NCBI RefSeq assembly: GCF_006345805.1
Contig: NC_042998.1
Location: forward strand, 166,284,001-166,348,000
Direction: 5' to 3'
DNA: 64,000 bases
Source of the DNA: Octopus sinensis
Lineage: Eukaryota
Position 1 is the stretch's first letter; every line of letters starts with the position of its first letter. Positions 53,880 to 64,000 of this stretch are shown one piece after another. A program made the position numbers and the translations under genes. The notes below the pieces were generated by a model. It was not told the DNA's origin. It saw only the letters and a list, made by a program, of their open reading frames with translations, and searched no databases.

Positions 53880-54962
53880 TGACCCTACCTCCTTCCCTAA
53901 CCCTACCTCCCAACCTGGCTCGTTCCCCTGCTCCCGCCCACGTTGCCGCACTTGCCCTTACCTCTCCAACACCACCCTCCTCACTGGCACCCATCATCGA
54001 CCCTTTCGCATCATCAACTCCTTCACCTGCACCTCCAGCAATATTATCTATTGCGTCTCTTGCTCTCTCTGCCATTCCCTGTACATCGGACAAACGGGAC
54101 GCCGCTTGGCTGACCGGTTCGCGGAACACCTTCGTGACATCCACCTTGCGAACGACACACCGGTCTCACGCCATTTCCGCTCCACCGGTCACTCCTTGCA
54201 ACACCGTCTGTGTTCGGTTTGTCCTTACACAGAGGCCATCGGATTCCCGTTTGCGCGTGAACAGGAATTAATCTTCTCTCTTCGTCTTATATGCCATTTG
54301 GTCTCAACTCCCCCTCCTAATCTAACCCTCCTCTCCCCCCTCATCATCTAACTCCCCGACCCCTATTCCTTCAGTCCTTCATCCTTTCACCCCTACTCCT
54401 CTTCCCTTCTTCCCTCTTCTCCCTCCCTCCTTCTTCCCTCTTCCCCTTCCCTCTGCTCCCCTCATCCCCTTCTCTCTCTCTCCCCCTCTCCTCTATCCCT
54501 CCCTCCTCCCCTCCCTCCTCTTCTCCTCTCCTCCTTATCCCCCTCCCCCTCATCTTCTCCTCTTTCCCTTCTCTCCTTTCTCACTTTTCTTTATCCCCCT
54601 CCCCCCTTACCTCCCCCTCTTCTCCTCTCTCTACAACTACACCATACGACTTTACACATCACATCATATATACATACAACGTCTAGACCTCTCATACGCA
54701 CTAAATACTCTCTCATACACACACACACACTTTCTATACACACACACACTCTTATGTTTGAGCGGGGGTCATTCAACCCTATTATCTCCCCTAATTTCGC
54801 TCTTGCGTCTCATGTTTGATCTTTAACTTCTGGCCGAAATCAGATCGCCATGTTGATTCGCTAGCTTTTGCACGCATATTTTTTTCTCTCCTTTCTGTGT
54901 TTTTTTTCTCTGTGTATCTTTCTGTTGAAGAGCGTAGGCTCGAAACGTTAAAGACTTGTTTC
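53880..54962 (+). mobile_element. PLE 3' portion: GIY-YIG, pyrimidine tract and pseudo-LTR with hammerhead variant
   Basis: PFRIINSFTCTSSNIIYCVSCSLCHSLYIGQTGRRLADRFAEHLRDI. Motif tcttt-ctgttgaa-gagc(gtag)gctc-GAAA-cg-UU/aaaga at 54917-54954. Confidence 0.88.
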
Positions 54963-55002
54963 ATATATATATATATATATATATATACATACATACAGAG
55001 AG

Positions 55003-55034
<32 letters not shown>

Positions 55035-55038
55035 AATC

Positions 55039-55110
<72 letters not shown>

Positions 55111-55189
55111 TGTACCACGGAATTTGAATCACATTCTTTTGATCCATATATATATGTACACACACACACATACATATATTCATATATAC

Positions 55190-55221
<32 letters not shown>

Positions 55222-55743
55222 CTTTAGTCTTTAATCGAGCAAATCGACCCCAGGACTTATTCTTTGTAAGCCTAGTACTTATTCTATCGGTCTCTTTTGC
55301 CGAAACGCTAATTTAAGGGGTCGTAAACACGCCAGCATCGGTTGTCAAGCGATGTTGACGGGACAAACACAGACACACAAACACATGTGGTCTTGTAACA
55401 ACGCAAAAACCGTTTAATTACATACTATAGTTTATTACTCAAAATGTTTAATCCCCGAGCTCGTATACATTTATGCGGATTGTTTGCGTGCGCACGTTTT
55501 ACGTGTCTGTCTGTTTGTCTATATGTATGTTTGTCTACATGTAGGTATGTATATATGCGAAGACTTTTAAAGTGGCTAGACGATTTAGCATTAATTTTCA
55601 GCATATAGGTTGGAGCTTTTCTATGCCCTTAATTACAATTATATATGATTTCACCTTTGGCCACTGATAAAAAATGTTTTTGTAAAATATCTATACTTGA
55701 TATTATAATAATTATATATATATATAATATATATATATATATC

Positions 55744-55776
<33 letters not shown>

Positions 55777-55806
55777 TTTATCTATAAATAATATCTATAA
55801 AATAAT

Positions 55807-56020
55807 ATAAAATAATATGTTACATTACTCGATAGTCAAGATAAAACTCTGAGCCCGATAACCGAAGAGATGACGTTGGGGATTCCCACTTCGGCATCTG
55901 AAACTCAGAGTTTTATCTTGACTATCGAGTAATGTAACATGTTATTTTATAGATAAATTTCCTCTATTTACATAATATTAAGGTCTCTTTCTTTCTTTTG
56001 TTATCTTACCGTTTTACTAA
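55807..56020 (+). mobile_element. Short foldback element with hammerhead-like motif and tail
   Basis: Arms 55807-55853 and 55904-55950. Motif gataa-CCGAAGA-gatg..catct-GAAA-ctc(a)gag-UU/ttatc at 55857-55917. (TA)n flanks. Confidence 0.85.
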
Positions 56021-56361
56021 TATATATATATTATATATTCTTTTATTCTTTCTTAGTTCCTATAAGTAGTTTCTACGAATCTATAAAACTTGACTTTTGA
56101 CTGTCTTCTTACATATCATTTCCACTACATAAATCTACTTACACGCCTTTAAGCTTTATTTCCACTCATCTATCGCACTATATTTCTCCACACTTAATTT
56201 TCTGTTAATTTATTTGTTTCTCCTTCTCTTTCTATAAAATGCCTTTGACGTTAAATCTATTGACGTTTTTTTTTAAAAATAACTTGCCAGCGTTCCCTTC
56301 ATCATATACGCAGTAACCACATTAGGTTAGAATGGCTTATTGGTGTGTTTTGTTTCTCCTT

Positions 56362-56448
56362 TTCCCCTGACGAGATGATTACATTGTTTTACATCATTTT
56401 ATTCCCTCAGGAATAATACCAATGTTTTCTTCGAAACATATGTCGGAA
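56362..56448 (+). ncRNA. Type I hammerhead-like motif with long stem II insert
   Basis: ttccc-CUGACGA-gatg...cttc-GAAA-catatg-UC/ggaa. Canonical core and GUC site. One bulged C in stem I and one stem II mismatch. Confidence 0.65.
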
Positions 56449-56678
56449 GTATAAAGATTTGAATAACACTTGCGTTTAACTCCATTTCTTGATTTATCTA
56501 TGTTATCTAAAAACATTTAACTAAACCCCGGATCTTCTACCTTTATAAATAGGCTGTAACATCCTTGATACTTATGTGAATTTTTGTTACCCTGATATTT
56601 ATTTTTCCGTGTTATTTGTACACATTGAAAATACACACCACACACACATACACAACACACACATATTACACACACATT

Positions 56679-56731
<53 letters not shown>

Positions 56732-56734
56732 AGT

Positions 56735-59258
56735 GGTGTCTACTCTTATACAGAGTTTGACCACCTCCTTAGCACCATCATGGCGTCTGAAGGGCTTTTT
56801 AAACCAGACAATATTCTGAAAAGACACCTACATAGATTGCACCTCTGATTTGGACTACCAATACCTGCAGATAAGTTCTGCTCTTTGTGGATCTTAACAT
56901 GTCTTTTGAGGCCTCCGTTGGATTTGCGAACCTTCTGGCATACACTGCATTCAAAGGTGTGCACAGACATGTAGTCAGAATAGTTAGTGGAGGTTCGTTT
57001 TCCGTACGTTCGCAGATGAGATTTTAGGCCAGCCAGAAACAGGCATGGTCTGTCACAGACTGTGCACGCAAAAAGGTCATTGCCAATCACCTTCTCCATC
57101 GTTACATTCTTCCTTAGATCTCTTTTGAGTCTTACTTGCTTTATCATGGCCTCTTCAGATGCTTTTACTCTACTCCTTTGTTCGCCATCAAACTCGTTCC
57201 GAAGCAAGGGTTTCTATATCTTCTGGGACCATTCCAAGTGACTTCATAGTAGTCCCTATGCCGTCCTTAACCCTTTTTTTCAGGGTTACGCCGATAGCGT
57301 TTTCCCTTTGCAAGCTCACCATAAAACATCTGTTTCGGAATGCGTCCATCTGCCATTCGAACAATATGGCAACACCATCTCAATTGGTTCTTCAAAATCA
57401 TAGCTTTAAATGAGGGGATGCCTGCAGATATAAGGGGATCTGTGTTTGGAGTAAAAGAACTCCATTTAATTTTTTAAATGCGATGAAGGCATTTTTGGTG
57501 GAATTGTTCTAACAGTTTAAAATGCCTTTCATAACAAGTCCAAGTTTCACAGGAATATAACAGGGATGGTAAGACAAATGATTTGTAAAGAGTTAGCTTC
57601 ATATTTTTATGTATATGTTGCTGGCACCAAACGCGTGACTCCAAGCTACCAAATGCTTTTGCTGCCCTTTGAATTCGCAGCTGTATTTCTGTATCGAGAT
57701 TTCCGTCATTTTGAACAGAGCTTCCAAAGTAGACGAACGAATCGACAACATCAAGTAACTTTCCCTTAACAAAAAATTTCGGGGGTTTACAAACAACACC
57801 ACATGCAGGTTGATGCATTACAACTGTTTTTTGTTTTCAAGTTGATGGTCAAGCCAAAATCATCACAAGCTGGGTCAAATGCAGATACAAGAAATTACAG
57901 ACCTGTTTCAGAATGACTGACAAGATCGCAATCGTCAGCATACAAAAGTTCCCTAATGAGTGAAGTAAAAACCTTCGTTTTGAATTTCAGTCTGGTCAGA
58001 TTAAAAACATTCCCTGTTGTTCGATATTTTATGTAAATAACCTCCTCAGAATTTTGAAAAGCATGTGACAACACAACAGCAAAGTATATTGCAAAGAGGG
58101 TGGATGCCTCAAGGTCTCCTTGCTCTACTCCATTTCACACAGCAAAAGATTCAGAGAGCCTACCACCAAAGTTAACTCTAGCTTTCATATCTTGATGCAA
58201 AGCCCAGACCATGTTTAAAAATTTTTTCTGGGCAACCTATATTCCTTAGAATTAGCCACAGAGCATTTCGATTAACAGTATCGAATGCTTTGCTCAAATC
58301 AACAAAGTAATGGTATGGAGCAGGATTCTGTTCAATATACTTTTCTTGTAATTGTCTGACAGTAAAGGTACAATCAGCTGCGCCCCTGGATGAACGAATA
58401 CCAAACTGAGACTCAGACACTATATTTGGAACTATAAAGATATTTAAACGTTCTGACAAAATGCGGGCAAGTACCTTTCCAAACACAGACAAAAGCGAAA
58501 TCCCACGAAAATTACCACACAGATCCTTTGGCTCCGATTAATACAAGGAGACTAAAATGGCATCAATCCAATCTTGAGGCACTTTCTCAGTTCTCCAACA
58601 GGGACAAATTAATATATTTAATAGTTCAAACATTTTGTCACCCCCATATTTCAAGACTTCTGCACAATTCCATCAGACCCTGGAGACTTATTATTATTCA
58701 GCTTATTCACAGCTAAATAAATGTCATTTAGAATTGGTTCAAATGCCATCTCTTCTATAACTGGAAGGTGTTCATTTTTTTTATCGTCCTCATGTCAACG
58801 GATGATGGTCTATTCAAAAGTGCAGAAAAATGTTCTACCTAACGCTTATGAATAGAAGAAAATGTCCATTTGCTTCAGTCAGAAGAAAACGTCCATTTGC
58901 TGTTCTCACTGGAGCTATTGAGGAAGATTTTGGGCTATATACTTCCTTCACATAAGAGTAAGAACCCTTAGCATCATTTCTATCAGCTGCTTGTTGTGCC
59001 CTTTTTGCTGTCATTCCACCATTCCTGTTTAATTTTCCTTAGAGCAGTCTGCACTTTCCTTTTCAGCTTTCTGTAAGTTTCGTTTGAGTTGGGGTTCAAG
59101 GACTGTTTTTCTAAAAGTAGGTCATGAATTTCTGCTGATCTATCTGAGAACCAGTCACTGGATTTATGAGATTTAAATCCCACCGACGAACTTGCAACCT
59201 GAAATACTTTTGTTTTGAAATCTTCCCATAGATTGTTTGGGTCAAGATTGATACTTTG
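56735..59258 (-). mobile_element. RTE (BovB-like) LINE, 5'-truncated and frameshifted
   Basis: GKVLARILSERL..ESQFG..FVDLSKAFDTVNR..LYADDC..SFVYFGS..LLYSCETWT, ending in three C2H2-like fingers (56795-57075). Confidence 0.92.
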
Positions 59259-59999
59259 TCTCTGTGTGTGTATGTGTGAGTATGTATGCGTATGTATGTA
59301 TGCATGTATGTATGTATGTATGTATGTATGTATGTATGTATGTATGTATGTATGTATGTATGTATGTATGCATTTGTGTACATATGTGTATATGAGTGTG
59401 TTTGTGTGTGCGCGTGTATGTGCAAAAATAATACATGGGTATATAATTTGTTAGTATTTATGTACATAATCACATGCGCTATGTACGTGCATGTTTGTAT
59501 GCATGTATACATGTACATGTGCATTTATGCTTGTTTGAGCAAATAATTCTAATATGCTTGTTATTTATACAGTACTAATCAGCTTTAAGCAAAGCGAATA
59601 TAGTACAGTTGAAGTCAGTCAAACTTTATAGACGGAGATGAGAATCAAGTACGATTGGTATGTAGACATAATGGAAGCTGAACATTCTTTTCACCCTCAA
59701 GTAATACAATTCACATCTATGTTTGACTACGTGCCCAAGGTTTAATACACAGAACATGAAGAACTAGCACTAAAAGCAGATTGAATTTTTAACAGTATTA
59801 TAATTCACTTCTGTTTGACTGATGAAATATATCCAACGGCACCCGCTGAAATAAAACTTAATTTTAAAGATAGTGCAAGTCTACATGGTATAGTATGTTC
59901 AGAAATTTTAATTAAGTGTACTTTGTTAGTGATGAGAATAATTTGTAACTCAATTACTGATTCTGGTAAAAAAAAGTCGCCTTTTAGACTAGAAATAAT

Positions 60000-60393
60000 G
60001 TTTTCAAATTTTGTCACAGGGGCAGCAATTTTGGGGGAGGGGATACGTTTATTACATCGACGCCAGTGTTCAGCTGGTACTTATTTTATCGACTCGAAAG
60101 GATGAAATGCAAAGTCGATCTCGGCGGAATTTGAACTCAATACGTAGAGACGGGTGAAATACCTATTTCTTTACTGCCCACGAGGGGCTACACACAAAGG
60201 GGACAAACAAGGACAGACAAACGGATTAAGTCGATTATATCGACCCCAGTGCGTAACTGGTACTTATTTAATTGACCCTGAAAGGATGAAAGGCAAAGTC
60301 GACCTCGGCGGAATTTGAACTCAGAACGTAGCGGCAGACGAAATACGCCAAAGCATTTCGCCCGGCATGCTAACGTTTCTGCCAGCTCGCCAT
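60000..60393 (-). mobile_element. S2 SINE dimer with 18-bp target-site duplication
   Basis: ttttagactagaaataat at 59982-59999 and 60394-60411 brackets two S2 modules. Confidence 0.85.
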
Positions 60394-60494
60394 TTTTAGA
60401 CTAGAAATAATAAAGTGATTAAGGGATATTCAGCACACGATCGGAATGTCGTGAGTTCGATATACCTATATATATAATATATATATATATATAA

Positions 60495-60846
60495 GTCACT
60501 TCAAAAAACCCTCGATCCAATAACACCGTGTACAGACTCCATACTTTGAATGACCAATTTTAAATACTATTGGAACTTACACACAAGGCACAGGAAACTT
60601 ATATGTATACCATTCTGCTTAAATAATGGAACTGCAGATACAGTATCCCTGCATATCTCAAGTCTGTTTTCATCCCTCCACTTCACTCTTTATTTCATAT
60701 CTTCTTAAACAACTATTGCTTAACCTTTCTTTCGCACCGTCTCCGATGAAGGGATACACAAAATATCTCGGAAACAGCTGTAAGACCTTCTCTTTATAAA
60801 TATTCTGAAATCTTTCACAGTCTTGGATTTTTATTTCATTCTGTTA

Positions 60847-60850
<4 letters not shown>
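60495..60850 (+). mobile_element. PLE pseudo-LTR-like fragment with hammerhead motif
   Basis: gtct-CCGAUGA-agggata..tatctcg-GAAA-cagctg-UA/agac at 60739-60786. (TA)n on both sides. Confidence 0.7.
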
Positions 60851-60920
<70 letters not shown>

Positions 60921-60925
<5 letters not shown>

Positions 60926-61393
60926 ATATTTCGGAATGGTCATATTGCCAGTTTTAGCCAATAAAAACACACGCACTATATATTTGGTGTTATTTTGCTT
61001 CAGTGATATTTATTTTTTACATTAATCTTAAACTTATTTCGCCCAAAGTTCTTTCGTCACACTCCTGTGCCCGCATCAGTGGTCCTTTGTTTTCTTCTCA
61101 CTTACTTGTGTCTCTCCTTACTACCGTCAGCCATTTTAGTAAGGAGAGACACAAGTAAGTGAGAAGAAAACAAAGGACCACTGATGCGGTCACAGGAGTG
61201 TGACGAAAGAACTTTGGCCGAAATAAGATTAAGATTAATGTAAAAAATAAATATCACTGAAGCAAAATAACACCAAATTATAGTGCGTGTGTTTTTATTG
61301 GCTAAACTGGCATATGACCATTCCGAAATATAACAATATCTGTTTCAACACACGACTTCACATAAAAAATCTTGCACAACAAATATTTAAACG
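60921..61393 (+). mobile_element. Foldback derivative of the 4051-6592 PLE pseudo-LTR
   Basis: Arms 60921-61123 and 61137-61336, 13-nt spacer, tail 61337-61393. Near-identical to 4051-4325. Confidence 0.93.
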
Positions 61394-62179
61394 TATAATA
61401 TATTATATATATATATATATATATAGACACACTTACACACATAAACATCTACATATATACATATATACGCGCATACAACGGGTGTACGCTCAGTTTCAGT
61501 ATACTAAATTTCTTTATCAGGCAATGGTCAGATCTATAGTAGAAGATACTTCTTCACGTACTTCTCAGTGGTACAGAAACCGAAACCAAGAGGTTGTGAA
61601 CTTCATAACTACATAGCAATACCAATGATTACACACACATACACACACACACACACACACACTTACACACACATTCGCCCATACACTCACAGATGCATAC
61701 ATACTTATGCATACAACTACATACAATTTTCTGAAAATAACAATGGGAGGAAGGGTGAAATAGATGTCTTTGTGTGTTTACTTATATTAATATTAATAAA
61801 CAAGGCGCATAAGCGGAAATGTTCTAATTTTCTGCAACAATCGTTTTAAATGATTGGCTAAGTAGAACAGTAATTAACTTATAAGTACAATAGATTCAAA
61901 TATATTCTATTGTGGTGAAATGTTTGCCTTCCTCCTCTTTGTCTAATGTTTTTTGTATGTTAGTGAAATGTTCTTTTGCCCGCTGGACCTTATATTTGTG
62001 TAAATAGCACGGATTTACTTCCTCGTATTTTCTGAAACCACATCCAACACAACTAAAACGCCACCACCACCTAAAACTACCACAACCACCATCACAACCG
62101 CTACCGCTATCATTGTTGCAGCCACCGTCGCCGCTATCACCATCACAGTAACATTTCTACGAATACTATGATCAATCGT

Positions 62180-62470
62180 GGAGGCGCAATGGCCCAGTGG
62201 TTAGAAAAGCGGACTCGCGGTTTCGATTCCCAGACCGGGCGTCGAGTGTGTTTATTGAGCGAAAACACCTAAAGCTCCACGAGTCTCCGGCAGGAGGTGG
62301 TGGCAACCCCTGTTGTACACTTTCGTCCCAACTTTCTCTCACTCTCTCTTCCTGTTTCTTGAGTAACGCTGCGATGGACTGGCGTCCCGTCCAGCTGGGG
62401 TGAACACATACGCCATAGAAACCCGGAAACCAGGCCCATGATCCTGGTTAGACTTGAAAAGGGCGCATAG
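62180..62470 (+). mobile_element. tRNA-derived SINE with V-domain-like motif
   Basis: A box tggcccagtgg, B-box-like gtttcgattcc, and gctgcgatggactggcgtcccgtccag at 62368-62394. Partial relative at ~24185-24320. Confidence 0.7.
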
Positions 62471-62980
62471 ATAGACTATGATCAATCACATGCGGTGATT
62501 AAATCAGCTCGACCCAATGCAAAAGCTTCTCCGTGGTCGCTCGAACCTGCGGAAATAGCTGTTAAAATCTCTATCAACACATAGCCAAACGTCATTACAT
62601 AAACACGCGCGCGCGCACACAAAATCACACACACACCACACACACAAACACAAACATACACAAACACAAGGGATACATTTGAAACTGTAGTCTAAGACAT
62701 ACTACAGCTTTAAAAGTCTAGAGAGTCAGGGTTAAAATATATTTTGATATGAGTTCACTCAACCAGGACTGACCTACGGCAACGACGACAACAACAACAC
62801 CTATAACTACCGCAACATCATCACCAAACCGTCATCATCATCAATAACAACAACTATTTTGTTTTCATCTTCTTAATTCTACCAACTCTATATGCTGCTA
62901 TTTGAATTAACATCAAAATGTTTTTATCCTAATATTCTTATGGGCTTTTGTGGTCCTATTCTTCTTCTACAACTTTTATT

Positions 62981-63012
<32 letters not shown>

Positions 63013-63554
63013 TACATACACATACAAACACACATTTAAGCGCAAAATCTTCAAAACACTACAAAACATTCCAAACCAATATTTTCTCTAAAGGCTGTGT
63101 GTGTGTTTCTGTGTTTGCGTGTGTGTATGTGAGTGCGTGTGCGAGCGTGCGCACGCGCATACGTTTATTGTTTAATTGATGATAGCCATCAAAAGCACAA
63201 ATATGCAAATTAAGCTATTCGTTACAGTGATAGTCTAATTTAAGACTGTTTAATTTAGCAGCTGAATATTCTATGCAGTTTATTAAGAAACGAAACCCGA
63301 GTATAACTTTTCTGAAGCCAGTTCAACAAACCACAAAACAATTCCGTACATCAAAAGCATTAAAAGAATGTACTCGCATTCTCATTTGTTTCACAGCTAT
63401 GCTTTCTATTTGAATTTATTCATTTCTACTACTGTTGTTGTTCTAAAGAATATAGAATTGGCAGAAACGGTTGAATGCTAGATTATCACGCGTCTAAATT
63501 TACCAAATCTAATCCATACCCTTTTCCCCTTCATAGTTTGACAATGATGATGAC

Positions 63555-63890
63555 CCCCTTCGGTCAGAGACTGACCATGGGTTTGCACCTAGAGAGTTAC
63601 CCTCTGAGGCACAAGTCTGGGCAAGGTTGTTTTATTGGAAGACCAGCAGTCGCCCATGCATACCGGCCTCCCCTCTCCACGCCACCAGTGTTGTCCAAGG
63701 GAAAGGCAAGGGCCGATACAGCTTGGCACTCGTGACGTCGCAACTCATTTCTACAGCTGAGTGAACTGGAGCAACGTGAAAATAAAGTGTCTTGCTCAAG
63801 AACACAACACGCAGCCCGGTCCGGGATTCGAGCTCACAACCTCACGATCGTAAGCTAGACGCTCTAACCACTGAGCCACGCGCCTTCACT
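63555..63890 (-). mobile_element. tRNA-derived SINE with (TCA)n tail
   Basis: gtgaaggcgcgtggctcagtggttagagcg..gagctcgaatcccgg..cttgagcaagacactttattttcacgttgctccagttcactcagctg. Confidence 0.85.
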
Positions 63891-64000
63891 GTTTGACAAT
63901 AACACACTATAAATTTGTGACTTTGTGTTAAATGGAGAAATCATTATTTTCAGGGGTCTGCTCATGTAGATTTTTAACAGGACGTTTGTATAAGTGTGCG

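Overview
AT-rich, microsatellite-dense animal genomic DNA with one 100-N assembly gap and no host protein-coding gene that I can support. The SINE families and repeat composition suggest an octopus or other coleoid cephalopod (inference, no database search). Most six-frame ORFs are microsatellite translations. The recognisable content is a transposon graveyard: Penelope-like element (PLE) fragments (RT, GIY-YIG), R4/Dong-like LINEs in (TAA)n, CR1-like and RTE-like LINEs, three Tc1/mariner types, non-autonomous Helitrons, MITEs and several tRNA-derived SINE families. The main unexplained structure is a dense set of short elements sitting in (TA)n arrays. About 15 carry minimal type I hammerhead-ribozyme-like motifs with a palindromic stem III, found by eye in roughly ten sequence families. 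Many are foldback palindromes with an unpaired tail. One family (7.2, 10.7 and 30.5 kb) is a GC-richer, non-coding, structured RNA element. Its 30.5 kb copy is a 360-bp unit with a 113-bp terminal redundancy, as expected for a retrozyme-like circular-RNA retroelement. Coordinates were read by hand; the ends of degraded elements are approximate.
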